Shown: positions 13,454 to 27,349 of the stretch, one piece after another
How the letters are laid out: every line of letters begins with the position of its first letter
Numbering within the stretch: the stretch's first letter is position 1
Notes under the pieces: model-generated
The model's database searches: none
Told to the model about the DNA's origin: nothing
The model's input: only the letters and a program-made list of their open reading frames with translations
Assembly (NCBI GenBank): GCA_013239625.1
Contig: MU054049.1
Coordinates: forward strand, 1,615,892 to 1,679,891
Length of the DNA: 64,000 bases
Direction: 5' to 3'
Source: Lama guanicoe
Lineage: Eukaryota
Translations under genes and position numbers: made by a program

Positions 13454-14065
13454 ACAAATAAAAGTCAGAGATCATCAAATGACCCAATAAATTAACCTTT
13501 TGAAAATCAAATTTCTATGTGAAATACTGTATCAGATGTTTCTCCCTAAGTCTCTCTCCTCTTTTACAATTTCTCTCTCTTCTTATCCTTCTTTTTCAAA
13601 GGACAATTGGCTTTTAAAATTTGACACTACAGATACAACTCCACCAGGTTAAACAAGGTCCCGTGTTTTATTCCCTATAGTACATGAAACAAAACAAACC
13701 AAACAATAGACTGTGTGTATTAGTTTGGATTCTCATGGACACTAAGCTGGCCCTGTATCTGATCTGTTTATTAGGACCAAGGCCCAGAGAGAAGAATTAG
13801 TAGCTGGGTGTTGATCCCTCTTGCTGATGCTAACCTAATTGTCACCCTGGGAGGAAGCATAGAGATGCCTGTGGAACAAATCTTGAAATTTCAGAAACAG
13901 CCCTACCACTTCAGAATGTCACATCCCCTACACTCTCATGGCCTGGCTGCCATGACTTGCTTCTTTGTTGAATATCACCGAGCTACTTTGGCTGTTTCTC
14001 ATGCCAGTGCCAGCTCTCTGACTTGCTCTGGGTCAGCTTTTTCTCCATCATTGCACTGCACTCTA

Positions 14066-14155
14066 GTCTCCAAGTAGAGAATCAAATTGTCTCCAAGTAA
14101 ATTAACTGCATCCCAGAACAAAGCTCAGGAAGATTTATAATAATAGAAAACATTC
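14066..14155 (+). repeat. 90-bp exact copy of 15019-15108, flanked by a TCTAGT direct repeat
   Basis: Base-for-base identity. TCTAGT at 14062-14067 and 14154-14159. Confidence 0.92.
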
Positions 14156-14399
14156 TAGTGACTATCCAGTGTCCTTTCATCTCTCTCCAGTCCTTGGGTC
14201 TCAGCTTCGTTACCCTGTGCTGATCCTGGCAACTCAGTTGGACTATATTCTGTCTTTAGTCATCCAGTTATTCACTAACCTATATACCATCCATCCACCC
14301 ACCTGCCCATCCAATAAACTTTATTGATCACTTGCTCTATTCCAGGTTCTGTGCTTGATGCTAAGAAGTCAGAAATAATGAGAAATTAGAATAAAACAA

Positions 14400-16960
14400 A
14401 ACCAGATTTTGAGAGGACATAATGAGGACCATGTTTACCCTCCCACATGGAACAACCAGAAATCCAATCATAGCATATGAAACAATGGACTTCAACACAT
14501 TGGACACCAGATAATGAAATACAGGGATCCCGAGAAATAGAAAAAAATTTGAGATGAGCCCAACAATTGCTTTGGCTTACCTCCTGGAGAGAGTTTCTAG
14601 CCCACAGTACACAGAGAACCCAACAGAACCAGAAGATTCTCTGATTTGAGAACATGGGAGCTGAGAGTCTGGGCCAACCAAGACAGCTAGAGTTCTACCA
14701 GAGAGGAGAGAGAATTACAGAGACTTACAGGGAGTCCCTCTTGAGTATTTAGCAGATTACTGACCAGCACATTTGTGTAAGGAAATTACCCAGGTCTGGG
14801 AAAGGAGCCATCCAAGACTATTAGGGGAACAATGCCCAATGCTCACACGGTAGTTGGAAAAGTGCCTGTTCCTACCAGGCGACTGGAAAACCTCGTAATT
14901 CACAATAGAAGTGCTCAGGAAAAACTTGCCTCAATAGTGCAAAATAATTAACCTGAGACTAGGCACTGCTCCAGACCCACCAAACAAACCATAAATCAAA
15001 ACTTAAGAGAATCAAACTGTCTCCAAGTAGAGAATCAAATTGTCTCCAAGTAAATTAACTGCATCCCAGAACAAAGCTCAGGAAGATTTATAATAATAGA
15101 AAACATTCAGCACTTAACAAGGTAAACTTAGAATGTCTGACATCCAATCAAAGATTATCAGGCATTCAAAGAGGCAGGAAAACATGATCCATAATGAGGA
15201 AAAGAATGTTATATTTAACAAAAAAAAAAGACCCAAGTTAAATTCCTGAGATGAAAACTACAATGTATGAAATGGAAAATGGATGGGATCAATGGAGAAA
15301 TAGACATTGCACAGAAGATTAATGAATTTGTAAACATTGTAATAAAATTATCGAAAATGAAACAGAAAATTAATTTTAAAATGAAAAGAGCACCAATGAG
15401 TTGTAGGACAACTTTGAGCAGCCTAATATATGTGTGATTAGATTCCCTGAAAAGAATGAGCAGAAAAATATTTGAGAAATAATGGCTGAAAATTTTCCAA
15501 ACATTAACTATGAGCCCAGAGATCCATGAAATTTAACAAACCCAAAGCACAAGAAACATGAAGAAAACTACACCAAGTCTTATCATAATCAAATTGCTCA
15601 AAATCAGCAATAAAGAGAAAATCTTAAAAGGAGCCAGAGGAGAAGGGCATGTTATACACAGAGAAATAAAGATGACTACAGATTTCTTTTTGAGAACAAT
15701 GCAACCAGGAGCACGGTGGAGCAACATCTTTAGAGCACTGATAGAAAAAAAACAATCTAGATTTCTACATCTCCCCCAAAAAACTTTCAAAAACAAAAGT
15801 GAAAGACTTTTTCTGACACATGAAAGCTGAAAGAATTTATCATGAGCAGACCTACAATATAAGAAATGTTACGGTAAAAAAAAAAAAAGAAATGTTAAAG
15901 GAAATCCTTCATACAGAAGTAAAATAATACCAGATGTAAATCTGGATCTATACAAAGAACAAAGAATAACAAAAATGGTAACTGTATGAGAGAATATAAA
16001 CTTTTTTAAATTATCATTTAAGTTGATTTAAAAGACAACTGTTTAAACAATATATTTAATATATATATAAAAGTAAAGTGTATGAAAATAGCATAAAAGC
16101 TAGGAGGAAAGTATACTATTATAAGGTTCTTATAATTTATGTCAGGATTTCTCAACCATTGTTAACATTTTGGACTAGATAATTTTTCATTGTGAGCGGT
16201 TCTGTGCATTGTAGGATTTTTAGCAACATCCCTGTCCTTTATCCATTATTGGTCTCTAGTCTCTAGATCTTCCTGACTGTCCTCTGGAGGACAAAATTGC
16301 CCCCAGTTGAAAACTACCACTTGATGTGAAAAAATTTAATACCACTTGAAGATAGACTGTGATAAGTTATATATATTATAAACCCTAGAGCAACTACTAA
16401 AAGAATAAAACAAAGAGCTAATAGGCCAACAGAGAAGATAAAACTGAATATTAGAAAGCATTCAATCCAAAGAGGGCATGAAATGAATTAAAAGGGAACA
16501 AAGAACAGACAGGGTATTTAGAAAACAAATAGAATGATAGACTTGAACTTAACCGTATCAAAAATCATATTAAATATACATGGTTTAAACATCAATTAAA
16601 AGAGATTGTCAGACTGGATTTAAAAAAAAAACTAAAACTACATTCTGCCCAAAAGAAATGCACTTTAAATATAGAGACAGAAATACATTAAATATCAGGG
16701 TGGAAAAAAAGAAAACATGCCATACATAGCCAACACTAGTGAAAAAAAGCTACAGTGCGTGTCAACATCAGACAAGGAAGATTTCAGAGCAAAAACAATA
16801 TCAGGGTTGAAAAAAGTCATTTCATAAAGATAAAGGGGGTCAATCTATCAAGAAGATATAACAGTCATAGCCATTTATGACCCTTAATAAGAAGTTAAAA
16901 ATACATGAAGTAAAACTGATAGGACTGTAATGAAAAATAGACAAATCCACATTATACTTA
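14400..16960 (+). mobile_element. Old L1 fragment (5'UTR, ORF1, start of ORF2 endonuclease)
   Basis: ORF 15558-15830 'TTPSLIIIKLLKISNKEKILKGAR...TMQPGARWSNIFRAL' is L1 ORF1p-like. A-rich, ORF2-start-like sequence at 16540-16950. Confidence 0.85.
16143..16320 (+). mobile_element. MER20-like hAT DNA transposon remnant nested in L1
   Basis: 'caggatttctcaacc...ttttggactagataattt...tgtgcattgtaggatttttagcaacatccct...caaaattgcccccagttgaaaac'. Confidence 0.7.
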
Positions 16961-16964
16961 GAAA

Positions 16965-17350
16965 TATATATATATTCCTTTTCATATTCTTTTTCATTCT
17001 AGGCCATTACAAGGCTTTGAATACAGCTCCCTGTGCTGTACAGTAGGACCTTGTTGTTTATCTATTTTATACATAGGAGTTAATATCTACAGATCCCAAA
17101 CTCCCAATTTATCCTTCCCCACCCCCTTCCCCCCGCAATAACCATCGGACTGTTTTCTATGTCTATGAGTCTGTCTCTGTTTTGTAAATAAGTTCATTTG
17201 TGCCCTTTTTTTAGATTCCTCACTTGAGTAGTATCATATGGTATTCTTCTTTTTCTTTTTGACTTACTTCACTTAGTATGGTGATCTCCAGGTCTATCCA
17301 TGTTGCTGCGAATGACATTATTTTATTCTTTTTTATGGCTGAATTGTATT
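16965..17350 (-). mobile_element. L1 3' end (younger family), antisense
   Basis: Similar to the L1 3' ends at 34817-35300 and 42834-43140 ('ccctgtgctgtacagtagg', 'gttttctatgtctatgagtctgt'). Confidence 0.8.
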
Positions 17351-18790
17351 TGTTCTTATTTTCTCGTTCCTTAAGCTGTACAGTTAGGCTGTTGGTTTGA
17401 GATTTTTCTTTTTCTTTTTTTAATGTAGGTGTTTACAGCTATAAATGTCCCTCTGAACACTGTTTTTGCCACATACCGTAAGATTCGATATGTTATTTTT
17501 CTTGTTCATCTCAAAGTATTTTCCAACTTCCCTGTGATTTTTTTTAACCTATTGGTTGTTTATTAGTATGTTGTTTAGTTTCTACATATCTGTGAATTTT
17601 CCAGTTTTCCTTCTGCTACTGCTTTTATTTATTTTATTTATTTATTTATTCCATTGTGGTTAGAGAATATAGTTTGGTGTTTCAAACTTTAAAAAAAATT
17701 TGAGAGTTTCATTGTGGACTATTATATGGTCTGTTCTGGAAAACGTTCCATTTGCTTGTGAGTAGAGTATGTATTCTGCTGATGTCAGGTAGACAGTTCT
17801 ATATATGTCTGTTAGGTCTAGTAAGATTTTAAGTTCTATTTCCTTATTGATGTTCCATCCATTGTTAAAAGAAGGTGTTCAAATCTCTAACTATTATTGT
17901 AGAATTATCTATTTCTCCCTTCAATTCTGTCTGCGCTTGCTCCGTTTATTTTTGGGCTCTGTTAATGGGTATGCCATGTTTATAATTATTACATCTTCTT
18001 GATAAATTGACCATTTTGTCAATATGTGCTGACCTTTTCTATCTCTTGTAATAATTTTTGGCTTAAGGACTATTTTTTTCTGATATTAATGTAGCGACCC
18101 TCGCTCCCTTGGTTACTATTTGTGCAGGATCTCTTTTTCCATCCTTCTGCTTTCAACCTATTCATGTCTTGAATCTAAAATTGGTTTCTTAGGGATAGTT
18201 TATAGTGATCATGTCTTTAAAATCCATTCTGCCAATCTCTGCCTTTTGATTGGAGAGTTTAAACAATTCATATTTAGAGCAATTACTGATAAGAAAGAAC
18301 TTACTCTTGCCATTTTTTCTTGTATGTCTCATACCTTTTTTGTTCCTCATTTCCTCAATTACTGCCTTCTTTTGTTTAATCGATTTTTTTGTTTACAGTG
18401 TACCTCCTTGAATCTCTTCTCATTTCCTTTACTGTATATTCTCATAAGTATTTTCTTAGTGGCTGTAACTAGGATTAATATTAATATCCTAAGCTTATAA
18501 CAATATAATTAGAGCTGATGAAAAGTTAGCCTCAATAGCATACAAAAACTTTGCTCCTATACAGCTCCATCCACCTCTTTTATATTGTTACTATCACAAA
18601 TTACATCTTTATACATTGTGTGCCTGTTTTTTTTTTCATTATGTGCCTGTTTTAATTTCTTTTAAGTCACATACTAAACAAGAAAGGTGTTACCAAAATT
18701 ACAGTAATACCTGCTTTCATATTTACGTATGTATTACCTTTGCTAGAGTTCTTTATTTCTTCATATGACTTTGAGTTACTGTCTAGTGTT
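17350..18790 (-). mobile_element. Old L1 ORF2 5' region, antisense
   Basis: T-rich plus strand; the reverse complement resembles the L1 endonuclease region. Confidence 0.7.
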
Positions 18791-21788
18791 CTTTCTTGGT
18801 CCCCTTAGATAAATTGCTCCTCTCCAAGCTAATCTTGGGATCCAAACCCCAGTGCAGTTGCCATGGGAAGGACTTCAAACTAAGGGAGCAGCTGGTACAG
18901 AAGAAAAGGGAGGGGTGCAGGTCTAAGTGAATGAAAAGCACATGAGACAAGAAGGAAGTAGGTTAGCCTAAGTAATTGGAGTTCCTGGTCAGAGAGCAGG
19001 AGCAGGGGGTAATATCTGCAGGACTGAAAGAGCACCAGTTGGTGTGAGTTCATGGCAACAGCCATGGGTTTGAGCATCACCAGGTCATGTAGGCGGGAGC
19101 CCCTGGGGTGTAGGAAGTCGAGGTGCTGCTAGGCAGTGAGGAGGATAGCATTCTTCCCTGACTATCCCTGCCTCGCCTCACCCAGCCCTTTTGTATTGTG
19201 TGCTCATGGCCCCATAGAAAGAGAGCCACAAGCAGATTATTAAAAAAAAAGGGGGGGGGGATCCTCTCCTGGGTTTGAATTTCAGAGCTAAGGAGGCCTG
19301 TACATGACACAGACTATGGATCTGGGAGAGAAACATGATGAGTAAGAGTAAGGGTCCCACCCAGCTTACTCTGCCACGAGTCTCCCACCAACTGGGAAAC
19401 CATCCCCGAGGCTTTCAGGAGAGAGGACTTGGGGGCGGGGAGAACAATGAAAGCGTACATTTGTGTGGGTCTCAAAGAGACTGGTCCTGCAGGTTGTCCC
19501 CAGGCTGAGACTGAAGGGTGCATCCGAATCCAGATAAGTCTGTGGGGTCTATGAGAAGAAGCAAGCTATGCCTGCCTCCTGGGAGAGGCCTGGGATAGAA
19601 GCAGCAGGGGCAGTCCTAGAGGAAACGGCTGCATTGGATGCCCAAGCAGAGGGGAGCTTGGACAGCCTCTCAACAGAATGATTCCCAAGAGCCAAGAGCA
19701 CTGCAGAAGACGGGAAGGCAGCAGATCTCTACGAGATGAAGGATGCTTCTCCCCCCACCCCCATGACCTGCATGTGTAAATGACGCCAAGGACCAGAAGC
19801 CCTCTCTTCCCCCAATTTCCAGCTCAGCCATAAGGGAAGTGGGAGAATCTGTGTTGGTTAAGATTAGAATTCTCTCACTTCTGCAGACCGGAAACTGGAA
19901 TTAGAATAAAGAGCATCCATAGTTCTTGTGTGCCTGAGTTGAGGATGCACTCCCACCCACTACGGTGGGGCACAGGATGGGTGGTAGAGGCAGATGTCAG
20001 AGAGCAGAGGCAGGACGTGCACTGGAGGGGAAGACTGGGGCAGAGCAGATGGCACCAGGTCTCCCTGACTCCACAACCAGTGCCCTCCACTCCCCCGGAG
20101 TTACACACATCTCACACCCTCCTAGAGCCTGTCGAGGTGGAGTGGGGCAGTCAGGGAAGCATCCTAGAATCTGGCTGGTTGGCAGCTGGTCTCAGCTCTG
20201 AGCTGCAAAAGGAGATCCAACTGCTGCCGAGATCGCCTTTTTGCTTCTTTCCCTCCATTTCTTTGACTCTCATGACCCAACAGCAAATCAATAGATCATT
20301 TCAGTGAAACAATCAGAAAGTGACTGTCCCTGGCTAGCCCATCCATTCATTCTGGGACTTGAGTCTCAGGCAGCAGCTAATGGAGCCACTGATTCTACTT
20401 GCCACCACCAGGGGGAGCATCACGGAAGAGGAAGTCATGGAAGGATGAGCCTGGAAAAATGCACAGGATTTCTTGGACAAGAGAGGGCAGGGTGAGCCAA
20501 GACACATGAGGAAAGTCTGTTGGGTTTGGAACCTCAAGAGTAGAAGCCATGGCTGTCTTCCTCTGTGTTCCCATCGCCCAGCAGAGAAACTGACCGAAGG
20601 ACACAATGACAGAAAGGTGGGCCCAGGGGACTGAGTGTATCAGCCAAGCACCGGGATGGAACGGTAGAGCAAATACAGCAAGCTTACCCACGCCCTCCAA
20701 AACATTGGCCTGGAATCATATAGGACCCGGAATAGGGATGATTCTGTTTGCAGAGGCTGTCGTAAGATGACCTAGTAATAGGGCACAGGGAAGGGAGATG
20801 CCAAAATGGGTTTTAAAAGAAAAATGGCAGGCTTAATGTGTGTGTGCATGTCTGTGGCTGTATGTTATGAGTGTGAATAATTACATATATGTACACGTAC
20901 ACACATACGTACATGTAGTAAGTGCTTAATGCTGGCCTCTGGACCATGCCAGTTCTCGACTTGGCTTAGACTTCATTCCTCGGGGAAACCATCCCTGATC
21001 CTTCCACAATGACGAAGCTTCCCCTTCCTGGTGCTCAAAGAACAACCCATGCTTCCCCCATTCGAGCACCCATCCCACAGCCTCTTCATGGTGTGGCCAG
21101 GACCTGGACCCCAGGAGATCGGACATGAGACCAGGGGTTCTCAGTCAGTGAGGGACAGTACTTCCTGCCATATCTCCAAGGACCAGTGGGGAGCAGGGTT
21201 TGCACTGTCTCCTCGCACCACAGCCCTTCTGCATACAGAACTCCCTAGATCAGCAGCTTATAGCAAAAAGCATCTCTCTCTCTCCCCCCCCACTCTCTCA
21301 GTGGTGGGCAGCTGTGGCACAGCTGGGATTGACTGGGGGTGACCCCAGGCAGGAACCAGCACCACTGGAGCACAACCTTCTTGAGGCAGAGGACAGAGGC
21401 ACGAAATTCTAAACTGCATCACGCAAGTACACAAAAGCCTCTGACCGCAGCTCCATCAGCCAAAGCAAGTCACGGGACCAAACCCCATTCCAGAGAGGCA
21501 GAGGCGTTCACTCCTCCCGCAGTGAGCTGTGGCAAGGACGGACAGGAGGAAGATGGTGCAGAAAAAATACCATCCATCTGGTCAACCTCATGAAGTGGTG
21601 AAATTGTGTGACACAGTGTACCCTGTGTATGTGTTGCCCTTCACCCTCACCCCCAGCACCTGGCTTAGTGCCTTGCTTCCCGTGTCTTAGTGAAGATAAA
21701 AGACACTTTCAGGTAAAGGCAAAGAAAGCCCTGCTTCCTTCCCCCAATCTGACCACCGCTTTTGGGACACTCACTTTTCATGGACCAT

Positions 21789-22259
21789 TGTGATAGCTAA
21801 TTTTATGTGTCAACCTGTCTAGGCTATAGCACCCAGATGTTTGGTCAGACAGCCATCTAGATGTCACTCTGAAGATATTTTTAAGATGAGATTTTCACAC
21901 AGATAGGTAGATTTCCAGTAAGGCAGATTACCCCCCCATAACTTGGGTGAGTTGCTTCAAAGGTTGGAGGTCTTTAGAGAAAAAGACAGAGGTCCCCCAG
22001 GGAAGGAGGAATTCCGCCTCCAGTCTTTAGACTCAAGCTACAATATCATCTCTTCCCTTGGTCTCCAGTCTGCCAGCCTGCCCTGCAGATTTTGAACTTG
22101 CCAGTTGACCTTCTCAAGGCAGAGGGCAGAAGTACAAGATTCTAAGCCACGTACCATAATCACAAGAGCCAATTCCTTAAAATTAATCTCTCTTTCCCTG
22201 TCTGTATATATGCACACCTCCTACTGGTCCTATCTTTCTGGAGAACCCTGATGAATACA
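21789..22259 (+). mobile_element. MLT2 (ERVL) solo LTR
   Basis: TG...CA termini, 'tgtgatagctaattttatgtgtcaacc' to 'ctggagaaccctgatgaataca'. 5-bp flanks ACCAT/TCCAT fit an aged target-site duplication (TSD). Confidence 0.85.
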
Positions 22260-25200
22260 TCCATCAAGTGCATTTATCCTCTGAGGCCCAACGTCTGACC
22301 TTCTCCCACAGGGTTAGACCCTCCCCAGGTTCCTGTGGACTGAGCTGGGGATGATCTATGAATGGTCATGGGTCAAGGAGGAAAAGAGCAGGTCCCCTTC
22401 CAGAAAACTTGGAACACAAAAGAGACTCAGAGCAAATCTTCATGGATATGGGCCAGCCTGCTGTCTTCTTCAATCCCAAGCCATTTTTTAAAAAAACACA
22501 CCAGCACTTCCCCAACATTCAGTCCCTTAAGATAATCCTCAAAAGAAGTAAAAATGCTGAGTGGTCACATCAGTTTGGAAGACACTGGATAAGTTCATGA
22601 ACGTTTCCAAGAAGCTCTGGAGTAAAACACAACACAGTGATAATCACAAACCACCCCCAGCCCCGAACCCAAATCTGTTTTACTTTGTTAAATGTGGCAC
22701 GGGATCCTGCCCTTCATCCTCAATCCGAAATACCTGCAAAAAGTAATGCACCCACCGCCAGAAGTCAAAGAGCTTGGGGAGTAAGAAGTTAGACAACTCA
22801 AAGTCAAATTTCAGTCACTGAATGGTTTGGTGTTCCGTGTCAGCATTTCCCCAAGCCCGAATGAAATGGTGATGCTTCTTGGCTATGAGAGGTCCTGGGA
22901 AAATGCCTTGGATGTGGCCAGTGCCTCTGAACACAGCTGGGAAATGATTCTACCTCTCCTACAGACAGATGGACTGTCCCCTTGTCCTTCAGCAAGGCAC
23001 GCCAAGACCTCTATGTGTCTTCCAAAAGACAAGTGGCCTAGGAAACTGCTCCAAGGGAGGAGGACATGTATCTTCTGTTTGAAAGCCTCTTTCTTTAAAA
23101 AATCCTGCTTATTTTGATTATGGACCAGTTTGAAAAAGTTATAGATAATAAAGACAGGCCTAAATCATTTGAAAAACCCTGCTCGCTTACTCTTTTGATA
23201 GATGTCTAAATAAATAGACTGGGGGAACTTGTCTCTTTATGCCCCAAACAGGACTAAGGAAATGTTTTCTAGCTGTCATTGTGGACACAAAACATCATAG
23301 AGGTTGGAACATTCCCACCTTTTTGCTGAAACAGTTGCTCACCCATCCTCAGAGGGGTTTGACTGAGGCTACAGGAAAACCCAGCTACAGGAAAACTGTG
23401 TCCCCCCTACCCCGCCCCATTGCCAAGAAATCCCTACAAGCTGCGCAGACCAGGGCCATGTGGACCCTGAGTCCCAGCTGTCTCTGCAGGTAATGCATGG
23501 GTGCTGCAAGGTGTACAACCCGGCATGAAGGAGGCGTGAAACCCATCGGACTGCGCTCCATCTCTAGGTGGCCTGATATTTCCATTTCAGGGAGAAAGAA
23601 GCATCAGGGGACAGTCTAGCCTGGAGAGAGGATGCAGCCGAGATCTTTGCAGGCGCTAAAACACTTACTGTGTGCGAGCGGCTTTAGAGACGTTCTCTCA
23701 CTGAATCCTCAGGAGAGAGAAAATCAGTAACTCATCCAAAATCACACCAGCAGGTGGCACCACCTGCATTCCAATCCAGATCTTCCAATTGTGGTGCTTT
23801 CAGATTTCTTGGTTCTTCTTTGACAGGGGTCAGTTCATAATCCTAAGTGCCCTGGACAAAGCAGGATATTTTGACCCTGCCGTCTCCAGTGACTTTTTCA
23901 CCAAACGGCCTGAGGAGAAAAAAGAAGTTTATTTAAAAGACAACACAAAAATACCATAAGTAAAACAGAATAATGAAAAATTTCAACTGAAGCAATCTAT
24001 CAGTTAATAATGATAATATTCCCTAAAGAAACCCCTAAAGAAAAACAGAAGTAGAAGTTAAATTGGTGAGATCTGATATGGAGTTTTCAAACTCAAGGGA
24101 TAAACCAAACCTTCACTGAGAAATTTATAGGGAAAAAAATGTATCTCAGTGAAGATACTTTTAGTGAAATTAAAATTCAAACGAATGTTGATGTAATCAG
24201 TGGGAGAGCATGACATTCTCAAGAGTGACCAGACGGTGGCAGCAAAGACCAGTAATGGAATCTTCAAAGCCAGTGTGGTTTCTGGACCAGCAGCCTGTTC
24301 AGGGAAGATTTAAGACAATTTCAGGCCAGAGCAATACCATCTCCATCCAATCACGTCCCCCCACTCATCATTGCTGGTGGGATACCCTCTCAAACTATCA
24401 AGCAATGTCTAGTACGGTGTGTGCTACCTCCTAGGCTGTTAGCATGTGGAGATGATCTTCCCTTCCCTCCAGAAGTAGTGAGCTTCCTGTGCCGGGAGGT
24501 ATGTAAACAGAGATCGCTGCCCGTCTTGTCAGAGACACGGTGGAGTAGAGATGACAAGCCCAAATACCTACAGGGTGCAGGAGACCATCAGAAGTTGGTG
24601 TATTAGCCAGACGGGACCTGTGAGAAGCGGTGATCGAATGCCCTGTCTAAAGCAGGATGCTGCTACTTGGCTCAGTGGGCTGTTGCCGGGTGGAAAAGAG
24701 AGCCCTGAGGGATCAGATTTTCTTGTTTTTCCAGAGAAACTAGAAATACAGATGTATACATGAAGCCCAGGCTGTGGCCTGCCACCTGGAGACTACAGCA
24801 GAGCGGCTCTGTGCCCCAGGTCACTCAACAGCAGTGACAGGCTGAAACCATCACCCTTCCCAGGGGGCCATAAGGGGAGGGAAGAGCCTGGTCCCTGGTC
24901 AGCAGACCTGGCTTTGCATCTTGTCTCCAGCATTCACAGATCATGAGATTTTGCACACCACAGTGACTAACACTAGCCACTCCTTCTCCATCTGTAAAAT
25001 GGGCTAGTAATAACACCTACCTCGCAGGTGTTTAGTGGAGGTTCAGTGAAGCCCCTGTGTGTGAAAGGGCTTTGAGACTTGAATGTGAGGTTCCTGTCAA
25101 TCAGTGATAACAAAGCCCATCTGATAAAGACCGCCTGGGATGCACCACCATAGCCCAACAAAATCACGTTTGTTCACTTGCTGCAACTAAGAAGGCTGCT

Positions 25201-25779
25201 TTCCACTGCCCGGCGTCAGTAGGGAACTGTGGGTGTCCTACCAGAAGAGCGACAGGGCTACTGGGAGGTTAGGGGGAAGGGCAGAGTGTAGGAACACATC
25301 TAGATGAAGTAGTGTTTGACACAGTCCAGATAGAGCAAGGCTGTGTGCAAAGGAGTCTTCACTGAGATGTGGACCTGGGGTCCTGTTTCCTTAGAAACCA
25401 CAGGGGTAAGATTGTGTGGGATGTTATGTCTGAAAACCCCTCACCTGGAGCTCTGGACCTAGTGGAGATGGGGACTGTTTCTCTGACTCACAGTCACCCC
25501 CTGGCTCGGATCCTCCTGTGACAACTGGGATGTCCTGTTCTTGCTCATGATTCCAAACAGCCAAGTTCCCAGCCACTTGTGATTTTAGACAGCTGGCTTC
25601 TCAGCGCTACATCCTCAAGGTTCCTACGGACGTAGTGTAATAACAATATTAGGTTGCCCTCCAGCGCTGCGCAGGGAGGAGCCTGTTGGAACCAGAGAGC
25701 CTGCCCCTGAGCCCCAGCTCTGCCCCTTCCTAGTTCTGCCATCTCTTCACCTCCAAGAACCTCAGTATGGGGATGAGTA

Positions 25780-26138
25780 CAGACCCACGATCCCTGATCT
25801 GTAATTTCAAAATCTAAAAAGCACTAAATGCCAAGAGATTGTAACTCACCTGGCTGCAAAAATCTGTCCTGACCTAACTCACTGGGTGGCAAACCTGCTC
25901 GAATGGACATGAGTCTTTTTGTGTTTCTCGTGGTCTTTATGGATGTTGCAAAGTGTGAATATTCATACATTTCTCAGCAGAAAATACTAATGTATTTGGT
26001 TATAGGGTGTCCCCCGCCCAGACCCTGCTGGGAAGGTATAAATGATACAGTCTATACATTACCTTATTTTGCTAAAATATGAAAATTTCAATTCTTAAAA
26101 CTCTAAGGCCTCAAGGTTTCAGATAAGGATTTGCAGAG
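25780..26138 (-). mobile_element. Tigger/MER46-like DNA transposon remnant
   Basis: Degenerate terminal inverted repeats 'cagacccacgatccctgatctg' and 'cagataaggatttgcag'. Family from recall. Confidence 0.45.
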
Positions 26139-26413
26139 CTTTGATAACTAGCTCACAAGGTGGCTGGGGGATTAAATGTGGAGCTGTGTGGAAAGTTGCT
26201 CCTTGTGGAGCACATGGCAAGTGCTCACTGCCATTAGAATTGTGGCTGCGCCCTCCGGCCCCACCCCAGGCTCCCCTTCCCTGAGTCTCACCTCCTTTGT
26301 CACTGCTCCTGGGCACTTTGCCCTCTCCCTGGCCTTGACGCCTCCTCCAGGCATTGCCAGCTCTGCAGCTGTACTCATGGGGTGAGCCCTCCTCCCCAGG
26401 ACAGACCAGGTAT

Positions 26414-26976
26414 TGAAAGACTAGAAAAGTAACCCACAAATGGCTTCCCTGATGCTAAAACTGCTTGCTGGTTCATTTGAACTTAGAAATCTTGCAGTTC
26501 AATTTTCTTTTTGCTAATGAACCCTCATCTCTGTTTAACCTGCTCAACTGCTTTTGTGCTAAACAGCCCCCAAACTTTCCACTACACTCTCCTCTCCCTA
26601 TACATTCTTTACCCAGAATAGCTTATCATTTAACCCAGAAACTGTGTTCCAGGAAAGTGGTCACGGGCTGATAGCCTCAGAAGAATGAACAGACCCTCTG
26701 GAGTTTCTCTGTGGCGCCAGGTGGATTCATCAAGATTAAGAATACGACACCCTTCAAAACACCCTGATTGTTATTGCCTTTCTGTTCTGTCCAGTTTTTC
26801 TATAAAATCTCAGGGCCCCAACCCCAAGATGGATTCACAGTCTCTAAGGCATTACCCTGCTGTGGCTCCTCTTTGTCTGACAAAGCAATAAAGCTGTTCT
26901 TTTCTGAGTCTCCCAAAACTCTGCCTCTGAGTCTCAATTTGGCTATTGGTGTACAGAGGCCAGGTTTTTGGTAACA
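26414..26976 (+). mobile_element. 5' LTR of provirus
   Basis: TG...CA, TATA-like 'ctataaaa' at ~26800, AATAAA at ~26887, homologous to the 3' LTR. Confidence 0.92.
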
Positions 26977-26981
26977 ATGTT

Positions 26982-26999
26982 TGGCGACCATGGCGGGAT
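26982..26999 (+). other. Primer-binding site, tRNA-Arg-like
   Basis: TGGCGACCATGGCGGGAT matches the recalled Arg PBS TGGCGACCACGAAGGGAC at 14/18 positions, 5 nt after the LTR end. Confidence 0.7.
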
Positions 27000-27349
27000 G
27001 CCCCTTTTCCTCTTTCCAGTGCTTGGACACCTTGGCTGGACCTAACACCTTGCAGACTACTCCTTTCCAGCTTCCCTTGGACCGGTGGAGGGTTGGGGAA
27101 ACCCCAGGAGGCCAAATAGCCAGTGTGATCCAGGACAGGAGAGGAAGGGGTCCACATCTGAGCCATTGAGGCTGCCGCATGAATGGCCAGAACTCTGAGG
27201 TGCGAATACGGGAGGCAGAGGGGGAAAAAAAGCCCCAGCCGCTGCTGAAGCTCTTCTCCTTCAGGGGCTTCTTTTCCTCCTTCCTTCCAACCTCTGTCTG
27301 GACCTTTGGCTGCTCATATACTTTGGGAGCGAGAACATTGCTATGGACG

